Of a stretch of 32,000 nt of DNA, positions 19,540-30,400 are shown one piece after another. The stretch covers positions 390,001 through 422,000 of the forward strand of contig CP085695.1 of NCBI GenBank assembly GCA_029715105.1, written 5' to 3'. The notes beneath the pieces were generated by a model that was given only the letters and a program-made list of their open reading frames with translations, made no database searches and was not told the DNA's origin. The translations under genes were made by a program, and so were the position numbers. The stretch's first letter is position 1; each line of letters opens with the position of its first letter. Source of the DNA: Candidatus Saccharimonadota bacterium (GTDB lineage: Bacteria; Pseudomonadota; Alphaproteobacteria; Rickettsiales; Anaplasmataceae).

Positions 19540-20379
19540 ATGAATAAATTACTACATAAATTTTATAGTGTTCTTTATTGTCTTTACTGCGCTCTTATTG
19601 ATACAATTTACAATGATGGAATAGAATATGCTGGATATCTGTCATTTTTAATAATATTATCAATATTTCCATCTCTTATTGTTTTAATAGCTTTAGCATC
19701 AACACTTGCAAATTTTTTGGACCGATATAGCATCATCAACTTTGCATTCATAATTGATTATATACCACAAGATATTTTAGCATCATTAATGCCAAGCATT
19801 AAAGAGATAACATCTAATCCACCACGAAGCTTATTAACTTTAGCAATTATGGGGGCAATTTGGACAGCTTCATCAACTATTGAGGGGATGAGAACAATTT
19901 TAAATAAAGTTTACAAAGTTTCAGTTTCATCTCATTATATCTTGAGAAGAATATTAAGTATATTACAATTTTTAATAATTACGCTTATCATGACTCTAGC
20001 TATAGAATTTTCTACATTAATACAATTACTGACTGATTTTTCATATCGGAGATTGAATTACGCTAAACATCTTCTAATCGAATTTATACTCTTTGTAGAA
20101 GTTTTTTGGTTGTATTTTACACTACCTAATATAAAACAAAATATATTAGATGTTCTTCCTGGATCTTGTATTACTGTTATTCTATGGACGATTTCTGCCT
20201 CAGTTTTTAAACAATATTTAAAAACTTCTTTTGGTCAAAAAAACTTAATATATGGAAGTTTAGGTAGTATAGTAGTGTCATTACTATTTTTCTATATAAT
20301 GAGTTTAGCTTTTATATATGGAGCAAAGTTTAATTTTCAGCTAAAATATTTGAACAAATTTCGTCAGAAAGATGTGTAA
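19540..20379 (+). CDS. YihY/BrkB family inner-membrane protein (formerly annotated as RNase BN-like)
   Basis: 279-aa polytopic ORF. The N-terminal DGIEYAGYLSFLIILSIFPSLIVLIAL and C-terminal IYGSLGSIVVSLLFFYIMSLAFIYGAKFN match the YihY family pattern. Confidence 0.8.
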   Translation: MNKLLHKFYSVLYCLYCALIDTIYNDGIEYAGYLSFLIILSIFPSLIVLIALASTLANFLDRYSIINFAFIIDYIPQDILASLMPSIKEITSNPPRSLLTLAIMGAIWTASSTIEGMRTILNKVYKVSVSSHYILRRILSILQFLIITLIMTLAIEFSTLIQLLTDFSYRRLNYAKHLLIEFILFVEVFWLYFTLPNIKQNILDVLPGSCITVILWTISASVFKQYLKTSFGQKNLIYGSLGSIVVSLLFFYIMSLAFIYGAKFNFQLKYLNKFRQKDV

Positions 20380-21121
20380 ATTAAAGGGTAGGATAGCATT
20401 AATTACAGGAGCTTCAGGCAGAATTGGATCTGCTGTTGCAAAGAGATTTATAAAAGAAGGTGCTTATGTCATATTAATTTCAAGATCTATTGATCATCTT
20501 AAACCACTTTACAATGAAATTTTAAAATTTGAAAAGTTTAAACAAAATTCTGTCAAACTAGTTCAACTTAATCTTTTAGACTTTAAAAATGTAAAAATGT
20601 TAACAAATATTATAGAAAGCTTAAAGTTATCAGATTCTGGAACACTTGATATATTAATTGCATGTACTGGAATTTTAGGTAAATTAAATCCTATTCATGA
20701 TTGTGAGCTTGAAGAGCTGCAAAATGTAATGAATACAAATTTCATTGCAAATTGGTATTTGATAAAAAATTTAGATCAAATGTTAAAAAAATCTAATTCT
20801 GGAAGGGTAATATTTATAACTTCAGAAGTAACATTTTCTCCTTCTTCTTATCCATATTGGGTACCTTATGCTGCAAGTAAAGCTGCATTAGAAATTATGG
20901 TAAAGATATATGCATCTGAAACAAAACATACAAAATTATGTGTAAACGCTGTATATCCAGAGGGGCCTATTGATAGCGAAATGTATAAACAAGCCTTTCC
21001 TGGAAGAGATGCACCTAAACTGGTACTACCAGATAGATTAACAGATAAATTTGTAGAACTAGCTTCCGAAAATTGCAATATATCTGGGCAGATTTTACCA
21101 TTAAATAAATCCTTTAAATAG
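20372..21121 (+). CDS. Short-chain dehydrogenase/reductase (SDR) family oxidoreductase
   Basis: 249 aa with the cofactor motif ITGASGRIGSAVA and the catalytic YAASKAALE (YxxxK). The ATG overlaps the YihY-family stop by 8 nt. Confidence 0.85.
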   Translation: MCKLKGRIALITGASGRIGSAVAKRFIKEGAYVILISRSIDHLKPLYNEILKFEKFKQNSVKLVQLNLLDFKNVKMLTNIIESLKLSDSGTLDILIACTGILGKLNPIHDCELEELQNVMNTNFIANWYLIKNLDQMLKKSNSGRVIFITSEVTFSPSSYPYWVPYAASKAALEIMVKIYASETKHTKLCVNAVYPEGPIDSEMYKQAFPGRDAPKLVLPDRLTDKFVELASENCNISGQILPLNKSFK

Positions 21122-21150
21122 TTTTTATTACCTAAATTAAAAATTATTAA

Positions 21151-22950
21151 TCAATTAATCTTCAAAACTTGAATAAAAATATTATGTGAAATGTTAATGT
21201 TTCCAATAGAATACAATTTTTTTTTGCCCCTTTTTTGTTTTTCTAGAAGTTTCATTTTTCGCGTTACATCCCCCCCATATAGTTTTGCAGTTACATCCTT
21301 TCTATAGGGATTAATTGTTTCCCTAGCAATAATTTTATTATTTACTACTGCTTGAATCGCAATTTTATATTGTTGGCGAGGTATCAAATCCTTTAAACGT
21401 TTACACATTTCACGTCCTCTTTTTTCTGCTTTACTTTTGTGAACAATACATGTTAATGGACTAACATATTCTCCATTAATTAAAATACTTAACTTACTTA
21501 TCTGACTTTCTTTGTAATTTGAAATCTTCCAATTTAGACTCGCATATCCCTTAGAAATTGACTTCAATCTATCGTAAAAATTGAAAATAACTTCAGACAG
21601 TGGTAATTCATATTTTATTAGTACTTTAGTCATGCTACTTAAATAGGATAAGTCTATTTGTTCTCCTCTTCTTTCTTTACATAAAAATAAAATTTCTCCT
21701 AAATATTGACTAGGTGTTATTATAGTTGCAATAATCCATGGTTCTGCTACCATGTTAACTTTTGTAAAGTTTGGCATATCGTTTGGATTATTAATATTTA
21801 AAATATTACCGCCTTGCATAGTAACTTTGTACATAACACTTGGTGCAATTGTTATTAAATTTAAACCAAATTCCTTTTTAAGCCTTTCCTGGATAACTTC
21901 AAGATGAAGCATCCCTAAAAAACCACAACGAAATCCATAACCAAACGAATTTGACACCTCAGTTTCAAAAATAAAACTTGAGTCATTTAAATGTAATTTT
22001 CTAAGTGCTTCTTTTAAAAATTTAAAATCATCTGTTTTACTGGGAAAAATACTACAGAACACTACATGGTGTATTTCCTTAAATCTAAATGATTGTTGCC
22101 TACAAGGTCTCTTTTCCTCAGTTATAGTGTCACCTATTTTACAATTTACTATTACTTTCGTTGAAACGGTTATAAAGCCAACTTCACCTATTGAAAGTTT
22201 ACATTTCATCACTTTTTTAGGAGTAAAAATACCAATATTGTTTACTTGATATGTAGTATTATTTGACATCATAATAATTTTCATTCCCCTTTTCAGTACT
22301 CCATTTTTAACTCGTACTAAAATTACTACTCCTAAATAAGAATCATACCAACTATCAATCAAAACTGCTTGTAATGGAGCATTTATATCACCTTTTGGTG
22401 CCGGAAATTTTGTTACTATTGCTTCAAGTACATCCCTTACTCCAAATCCAGTTTTTGCTGATATTAAAACTGATTCGCTTACATCAACATCAATACCAAC
22501 CATTTCTTCAATCTGAAACTTTACTTTTTGGGGATCTGCTGTAGGAAGATCAATTTTATTAAGTACAATTATTATCTCATGGTTATTACCAATAGCTTCG
22601 TATAAATTTGCAATAGTTTGAGCTTCAACTCCCTTACTGCTATCCACTACTAAAAGTGAACCCTCACATGCAATAAGACTCCTATTAACTTCGTATAAAA
22701 AATCAGCATGACCTGGAGTGTCTATAAGATTTAAAAAATATTGATTTCCATCATTCGCAATATAGCTAAGCCTTACTGTTTGTGCTTTAATCGTAATCCC
22801 GCGCTCACGCTCTATTTCCATTGAATCTAACACTTGATTAACCATTTCTCTTGATTCAAGTGCGCCACACTCTTCCATTAGACGATCAGCAAGCGTTGAT
22901 TTTCCATGATCTATATGTGCTATTATTGCAAAATTTCTTATATTATTCAT
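21151..22950 (-). CDS. lepA: Elongation factor 4 (LepA)
   Basis: GTPase motifs [25 protein letters not shown] and NKIDL, plus a LepA-specific C-terminal region ([21 protein letters not shown]). I prefer ATG at 22950 ([10 protein letters not shown]...) over the TTG at 22965. Confidence 0.96.
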   Translation of the reverse strand: MNNIRNFAIIAHIDHGKSTLADRLMEECGALESREMVNQVLDSMEIERERGITIKAQTVRLSYIANDGNQYFLNLIDTPGHADFLYEVNRSLIACEGSLLVVDSSKGVEAQTIANLYEAIGNNHEIIIVLNKIDLPTADPQKVKFQIEEMVGIDVDVSESVLISAKTGFGVRDVLEAIVTKFPAPKGDINAPLQAVLIDSWYDSYLGVVILVRVKNGVLKRGMKIIMMSNNTTYQVNNIGIFTPKKVMKCKLSIGEVGFITVSTKVIVNCKIGDTITEEKRPCRQQSFRFKEIHHVVFCSIFPSKTDDFKFLKEALRKLHLNDSSFIFETEVSNSFGYGFRCGFLGMLHLEVIQERLKKEFGLNLITIAPSVMYKVTMQGGNILNINNPNDMPNFTKVNMVAEPWIIATIITPSQYLGEILFLCKERRGEQIDLSYLSSMTKVLIKYELPLSEVIFNFYDRLKSISKGYASLNWKISNYKESQISKLSILINGEYVSPLTCIVHKSKAEKRGREMCKRLKDLIPRQQYKIAIQAVVNNKIIARETINPYRKDVTAKLYGGDVTRKMKLLEKQKRGKKKLYSIGNINISHNIFIQVLKIN

Positions 22951-22992
22951 TATAATTTTAACCAATTATTATACTCATAGACAAAATCACAT

Positions 22993-24381
22993 CTATTTTG
23001 TTCTCAGCAGAGAAAGCATCTGTTTAGAATGAAAAACTATTTTATCAACCATATAACCTTCATGATTATTATCTATTTTAGACAATTCATACACATAATT
23101 TACCATTATCCCCGCTGACTGACTAATACCTTTTTCGGAAATATCTGCCATCCAGTTCAATTGTTTTATTGATGCACCGTTACTTAGATGAAAATGTGCT
23201 ACTGTATCATAAGCACCACCACTACTATTTTTAACTTTCAATAGATAATATGCACAAAGCTTTAATAAACACTGTTTTTTATATTCACTATTAACTCTTA
23301 ATTGTTCTATACTTTCTAGTATTTCTACACTAGATTGTTTTATATTCAATTTGTTTAATAAATTAATATTTTCTTGAATTAAACTTTTTTTTAACCAGCT
23401 TATGAAGCCCGGTATTGGAGAAAGAGTTGCATATATTTTTATACTTTTAAAATCTTGCGATAATTTTTCTACAACTCTTTTGATTAAAAAGCTACCTAAA
23501 CTAATTCCGGATAATCCTACCTTGGTATTAGATATCGAATAAAATATAGCAGTACTAGCACTACTAGGATCACCCGAGGGTATCGATTCATCTAATAGAT
23601 GTTGAATATTACTTGCAATTCTATTCATTAACGCAACTTCTACAAAAATTAAAGGTTCATTTAATATTTTGTAATGAAAAAAAGCAAAACATAAACGATC
23701 AGAATCAAGTCTATTTTTCAAATCACCCCAAGAAGAAATTTTATGTACAGCTTCATATTTTATGAGTTTTTCTAATAACGATGCTGGTGAATCCCAAGTA
23801 ATCTGTCGAAGATCAAGTAAATCAACATCAACCCAAGAAAGAAGTATATTCTTTAATTCGTTTGCCAATCGATTAAATTCTTTATATTGATTTTTTAACC
23901 TAAGTACATCAGATCGCATATCAACAATAAATTTAAGGCCTTCCGGCAGAGAAATAAATTGTTTCAATATTTTAAAACGTGGTGACTCAAGAGCTTTTAT
24001 TAGGTCTTGTTCAAATTTATAATTTGATTCAGAATTTTGATTTTTTTTATATTCATTTATTTTTTCATTTACTCTTGCTTTATTTAAATTAAATTTTTTT
24101 GCTAAAATCTGTAAAAATTTTATTTTTCCTTTTTCGGATAAATTTAAATATAAATTACCAAGAGATACAGTATTTTTACGTGCTAAAATTTCCCCACCTT
24201 TTGGGTTTAAACATTCGTTCATTTTTAAAATTAAACTATCAATATCACGATTATTACTTAAATCGGGGTTGATATTACCAATCCACGATTTTATCACATC
24301 TGTAACTTCACCAAATATTCTTAAAAAATCTTTTACTGTTTTCTTATTTTTAATTTGCACTATATCAATTTTAATCAGCAA
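22993..24381 (-). CDS. Malonyl-CoA decarboxylase
   Basis: 462 aa with the MCD family motifs FYSISNTKVGLSGISLGSFLIKRVVEKL and VAHFHLSNGASIKQLNWMADISEKGISQSAGIMVNYVY. The start is uncertain: TTG at 24381, GTG at 24360, and the first ATG only at codon 54. Confidence 0.8.
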   Translation of the reverse strand: MLIKIDIVQIKNKKTVKDFLRIFGEVTDVIKSWIGNINPDLSNNRDIDSLILKMNECLNPKGGEILARKNTVSLGNLYLNLSEKGKIKFLQILAKKFNLNKARVNEKINEYKKNQNSESNYKFEQDLIKALESPRFKILKQFISLPEGLKFIVDMRSDVLRLKNQYKEFNRLANELKNILLSWVDVDLLDLRQITWDSPASLLEKLIKYEAVHKISSWGDLKNRLDSDRLCFAFFHYKILNEPLIFVEVALMNRIASNIQHLLDESIPSGDPSSASTAIFYSISNTKVGLSGISLGSFLIKRVVEKLSQDFKSIKIYATLSPIPGFISWLKKSLIQENINLLNKLNIKQSSVEILESIEQLRVNSEYKKQCLLKLCAYYLLKVKNSSGGAYDTVAHFHLSNGASIKQLNWMADISEKGISQSAGIMVNYVYELSKIDNNHEGYMVDKIVFHSKQMLSLLRTK

Positions 24382-24794
24382 CTCTTTTAATTAGAGATCT
24401 TGATATTATTACACAGTATAATCTAAAATAAAATCTTAATTTAATTACCATATTATTTATCAATGCAATCAATTTTCTTGTAGAAAATAAAAAATAATCT
24501 TAAAAAAATTTTTCTCCATAACTCTAGATTTTCTAATTTTTATATTTAAAATACACAGCAACAAACATTATCATCCTTGCTAAGTTGGAAGAGCAAAATC
24601 TTATATTTTTTAAACTCTACTTTTATAAATTAATTTAAAATTAAAATAAAATTGCATTACTTGTTGCACCGGAACAAAACAAAATGACTAAACATCAAAA
24701 CATCAGACCCACAAGCCCTACACTATCAACAACATAAAGTCGCCACGTGATAACTCCAAACCTGTCTTTTGTAAACTTTTGCAGATAAAATAAG

Positions 24795-24868
<74 letters not shown>

Positions 24869-24880
24869 CTATTGCTTCCG

Positions 24881-24886
24881 ATTATA
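24881..24886 (-). promoter_or_regulatory. Candidate -10 element for tRNA-fMet
   Basis: A perfect TATAAT on the minus strand lies 12 nt upstream of the mature tRNA 5' end and is preceded by TG. There is no good -35 element. Confidence 0.3.
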
Positions 24887-25301
24887 CACGAAACTCACAA
24901 AAACAAAAGAATAAAATTTTAATTTTACAATTATTACTGTACTTTTTAATTTTCTTTGAAATATACAAAATGTAAATTTTTATACAATACTTGAATAATC
25001 AAAACATAAATAACACTACAAAAACTATAACTAAAAACAATATACACAAATAGATATAATGTCTATAGCCATCTTTCCTTCTATTTTACCAAGTCTCATA
25101 TTAAATAAATAAACTTTAGCATCACATAGTAATAAACTCAATTAATTTCACCTCACATAGTAGTTGATAATTTTTATCATAAAATTCAACAATATCCTAA
25201 AATTAAATATTTTATCATTATTAAATAATTAAAGTTCTATTAAAGAACTTGCCCTTGTGAAATTTAATAAATACAATTAAAACCAATCAAAAATAAAGTT
25301 C

Positions 25302-27119
25302 ATGAACTCAGGTACTACAAATAAAGAGAATTTTTTTAATTTTAAAATAAATCATGATGTAGCTGTTACAGGCTATCCAACCAAAATATGGAATGCAATA
25401 AAAAAATACTCTGTAAATAACACCCTACCTATAGTAGCTATAAATACGTGGCTTCAATTTTCCTTAACATGTATTGCTACAATTATAGCAACTAGCAACA
25501 ACGTAAATTTCATTACTAATATATCACATTCAAAAAAAATGCAAGTTTATGCTTTTACTTCTGTTATTCTTGGAACTATCTTATTAACTTCTCTTGTCAT
25601 AAAGCAAGCATATAGACAAAAAATAAAATATGAAACGTTAAAAAATGGTAGAAATTTAATAGATATAAAAATTAGAGGTGGAAAAAGTGATAAAATAAAT
25701 GAAATCGCTGAAAATGCATCAACAATAGAAATTGTTCCAGATATCCATTTTATGGAAGAAAGAAAGAGAAAAAAATTTTCTATAATTTTTCCAATCTCTG
25801 GAAAACAAGGAGAAATATTAGAAAATAAAAGACAAGAAAATAGAAATAAAATTATTTTATTTGCTATACCTTACATAACAAATGGTTTAACTATAATTAT
25901 CGCATTGACAAAGTTTGGCCTCGTCAATTCTCAAAGTTTGAAACAATGGAGTTTTGTTGTAGAAGTAGCTTTGATAATTATAATTGAAATATGTTTAACA
26001 CTAAATAAATTAAAAGGCAATGAAATAGACAATGTATTTAATACAGTTAAAAAATTTAATAATATAGATATTTTATTCCCTCTTAGAGAGGGGGGAGGCA
26101 TTATTTCAGTAATGGAAAATAAATTTGAAAACAATGAAGAAAATAATCCACTATCTAAATTGATAAAATTATTTGATAATCAACTCACCGAACTTATAGG
26201 AAAAATAAATATTTTATTTAATAATTTTTTAATTGATGCTAAATCATCTATTGATGAAAAGTTTTTAGAACCTATATGTGAAAAAATTCAAAAAACTTTT
26301 AGTAATTTTAAAGAAATTAAAGGAGATGTCAGAAAGGATTTAGATTTATTACATACAGAAATTTTAGAAATATTAGGTAATACCAAAGAATTAACAAAAA
26401 AAGTAAATTCACTTGACATTAAAAACACCTTCTCTAAACTAGAAGGCACTATTGAAACTATTCAAAGTAAAATTGAACAATTTGAACCAAATTGGATTAT
26501 AGGAAAATTTAAGTCAACTACACCCTATAATGGTAACAGATATTCTAATGTATTAAATAAATTTGAAATTTGTACGGAAGATACAGAAGAAAGGAAAAAA
26601 AAATGGCAAAAACAATTAAAAATTGTAAACGATCAATTAATATTAAAAGATAAACAAACCCAATTAAATTATATTGATTTAGGAATTAAAAAATTGGATT
26701 ATACTGATAATTTATTAAAATTGGAAGATAGAGTAAAAGAACTGAACAATACAGTTAAAAAACTAGAACTGGAAACCAAACAAAATGAACTAAAGCAGAA
26801 AAGAGAAAAATTAGAGAAAAAAAAATCTGAATTGGAAAAATTGAATGAACGAAAAGAAAAAATTAATGGCAAACCAAGCGAGTTCTTATATTATATATTG
26901 GAATCTGTCAAACTTAAAGAAAAAAACGATAAAGAAAAAAGTAATAAAGTTAAGATGACATTACGAAATTTTAATAATGAAATAATAATTCACTGGAAAG
27001 ACGGTTCTCAAACAATCTGTAATACTAAAAAACAAGGTAACTTTTCTGCTACATGGGTTGATTTTATAGATCAGAATATTCAATCTGCATTCGAAACAAC
27101 AGCAGCATACGTAAAATAA
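25302..27119 (+). CDS. Hypothetical protein: four predicted TM segments in two pairs plus a long K/E-rich coiled-coil region
   Basis: 605-aa ORF with ATG at 25302. Hydrophobic stretches lie at about aa 42-65, 82-100, 184-207 and 216-234. A heptad-like K/E/N/L-rich region spans about aa 285-530. I recognise no family motif. Confidence 0.7.
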   Translation: MNSGTTNKENFFNFKINHDVAVTGYPTKIWNAIKKYSVNNTLPIVAINTWLQFSLTCIATIIATSNNVNFITNISHSKKMQVYAFTSVILGTILLTSLVIKQAYRQKIKYETLKNGRNLIDIKIRGGKSDKINEIAENASTIEIVPDIHFMEERKRKKFSIIFPISGKQGEILENKRQENRNKIILFAIPYITNGLTIIIALTKFGLVNSQSLKQWSFVVEVALIIIIEICLTLNKLKGNEIDNVFNTVKKFNNIDILFPLREGGGIISVMENKFENNEENNPLSKLIKLFDNQLTELIGKINILFNNFLIDAKSSIDEKFLEPICEKIQKTFSNFKEIKGDVRKDLDLLHTEILEILGNTKELTKKVNSLDIKNTFSKLEGTIETIQSKIEQFEPNWIIGKFKSTTPYNGNRYSNVLNKFEICTEDTEERKKKWQKQLKIVNDQLILKDKQTQLNYIDLGIKKLDYTDNLLKLEDRVKELNNTVKKLELETKQNELKQKREKLEKKKSELEKLNERKEKINGKPSEFLYYILESVKLKEKNDKEKSNKVKMTLRNFNNEIIIHWKDGSQTICNTKKQGNFSATWVDFIDQNIQSAFETTAAYVK

Positions 27120-27415
27120 GCTTAACTGATCGTTATAAAATCTAATATGACAATAGAAATAAAATTTAATATTTACTTTTATTACAAAGGCACTTTTTGA
27201 TTCAATAAAATTAAAACAAAATTTTGACAACCTCTAAATTCTTATGCTTTAACTGCAAAATAACACTAAATATTACAGTGTTAAAATTAAAAATTTTAAT
27301 AATTTAATTAATAGGATTAAAAGATTTGACTTTGATTATTTATTTTGTGTAAATAGGTCCACAACCACAGTCGTATTGTATTACTCCTCATTTAATAAAT
27401 TTTTAATAATTTATA

Positions 27416-30400
27416 CTAAAAAATAAATTGCAGTGTTAGATTTTCTATCCAAATAACTATACATTCCACTTTCTTATCTGGATAGATTTTTTTTACCAAA
27501 GCTTTATAAATCAACATTTGCTTTTTTATTTCATTTAATACTGAAGTAGAAACACTACGATGTGATTTATAATCAATTATAATTACCTTATTTTTCGTTA
27601 TACATAATCTATCTAACTGTACTAATATCGATTTTCCATTAATTACTCCACTTAATATAATTTCTGACCTACCTTTTAAGCTAAAGAGATAATCATATCT
27701 CTCACTAAAAGCCGATATTTTATTATAAATTTCTCTTTTATCTTCTTTAGTATTTAAATCATCAAGATATCCTTTTATCCAACTTTTTCTTCTATTCCTT
27801 TCTATTTTAGGCATGTAACGCAATATATCATGAATTATCCGTCCCCTCTCATAATAATTACTATTACTCGTTATTCTTTCTTCTGTAGCATTAAAATCTA
27901 TGTTTCTCTTCTCATTAGATCCAAATACTAAACACTGATTGAGAGGAGTATTGAATTCCGAATTTTGAGAAGATAAAATTATCGAATCACTAAGAGAACA
28001 ATCACGTTTTTTATAAACATATAAATAATTCATATTTGTACATAGCACTTCAATTTCTTTTTTAAATATTGGATATAAATCCACTTTCTTTTTTTTATAT
28101 GGTTCTCCATACTTAATGATTAAGTCATACCAAGAACCTTTTTGCACTGGATCTTTACTTAAAATATATAATTCATCTTCTGCTCGAGTTAATGCTACAT
28201 ACAATAAGCGCAAATATTCATTATAATCCTCTAATTTTGCATCTTTCTTTATCTTTTTGCAATAAGCATTATCATTCTTTTCATACCAAAATGGTGCCAT
28301 CATTGTATCAAAAATAATACTACCACCAGTATTTTTTGGAACTGTATTTGTATCAACCAAAAATACTATAGGAGCTTGTAAGCCTTTCGATTTATGAACT
28401 GTCATTATCCGTATAGCATTGTCACCTCTTGATTGCATGTCTATTTTAATTTCAGGATTATTTTCTTTAATCCACTGAATAAATGCTTGAAGAGATAAAT
28501 TTTCAAATTGAAGTACAAGATTCATAAATTCATCTAAAATTTCAAAACATTCAAGACCTAACCTTGTAGCAAATTTTTTTTTACCAGTATGCAGCACTTG
28601 TGCAAATAGTGAGACGAAAGAATTTATATGAGATAAATTAATAAGATCATTTAGTTCATTAAAAACAGCATTGTTATACTTTTCAAGTCTTTCCCACAAA
28701 GAATGTTTTTCACGATTATATGCAATATTAAATAAGTCATCATCAGTAAAATTAAACAGTGGAGATTTTAAAACATTTGCAAGGGCAAAATCGTTTGTTG
28801 GTAAAAGTAAAAATTCAGCTAAAGCCACTAGATCCTGTACTACTATATAGTCCATAATCCTATGATAGTTCTGTCCTATAATCGATATATTAGCTTTTTT
28901 AAATTCATTTACTATACAATTGACCAACATATTTCTTTGTCTTACTAAAATCATGATGTCTCTTGGTTCTATATGGCGGTTTTTAGAAGATAAAATTCGC
29001 CCTTCGCTCAACCAATTAAAAATTTTACGTGCTATTGCTTGAGATAACAATTGCTCTGCTGTTGTTATATAGTTTTCTTCCTTTACTAAATGAATTTGTA
29101 AAGCTTGTAGCTTTTTTTCTTTGTACCTTGGTATTGGCGGCCAAATTTCAAGATATCCTTGATCATTTTTTCTATGTGGAATATGCTTTATTTCGTTGTT
29201 AGTAAAAGTTATCTCTTTACGAAAATTATTAAATAATTTGTCTACAAATGCCAAAATGTGTGGAGCAGAGCGAAACGATTTTTCAAGCTGACATAATATC
29301 CAATCTCTACTACCGATTTTTGTATATAAATATCGTTGCATTCGATTAAATAAATGTGGGTTTGCTCCTTGAAATCTATAAATAGATTGCTTTATATCAC
29401 CAACAACAAATAGAGTTCTCTTATCCTTATTATCAGTAAAAAATTTATCGCAAAGACTCGTTATTATTTCCCATTGATCAATACTATTATCTTGTGCCTC
29501 ATCAATAAGGATATGATTTATTTCTTGATCTGATTCAGATATCCAATTTTTATATTCCGAGTTATTTATAAGATTTTTTGCTAAACGAATTATATCATCG
29601 TAATCAAGCAATGCTTTCTTTGATTTTTCATCATTATATAAATTAATATATATTTTAAATATTTTTAGCAAACTACTAGTTCTTCTAAATATCTGATAAG
29701 AATTTATGTTTCTTATATAAGAGAGCGCCTTATTTTGGATATTTTCTATAATTCGTACTGAATCTTTAAATCTTTTTAAGGTTCCTTTTGTTATAATAGA
29801 TGATATATTTTTTTTTTCATTTAATCTTGATTTTAAAAAAAATTCCATTATATTCTTCGTATTAACATCAATTTCATCCAAATAACTAACATCAGAATCA
29901 TTTTGACTTTCACTTTCACATACTTGAATGTTAAGTAGATTACACAAATTAGTAAGCATTGCACTATAATCTTGATCCCTTTTACCACCTTTACTTAAAA
30001 TCTCAGCTAATTTTTTTACATAAATAACTATTTCATTTTCCAAATTAGAAATTTTATTTGAAACATTCAGCCTATTTTTAATATATTCTAAGTCATCTGT
30101 TAAAAACAATCTTTTCGTATATAAAATATAAAGCAAATCACGTAGTCTATTTTCATCAATTCTAGCTGCAATAAAATTAATATCATCTTGTATGATTTTA
30201 TTATGAAGCATTTTATCAAATACAATGGAATGTAATTCCTTACACTCGCTAAGTGAGTAATTTGGAGAAATGCCCGCCTCTATAGGAAATTTAGAAATTA
30301 ATTTATGACAAAAAGAATGTATAGTCTGAACAGTTAGACCAAGACTTTCTAAATTAAAAAAAAGTTTTCTTGCTTTAATTTCATTTTTTCTAGATTGAAA

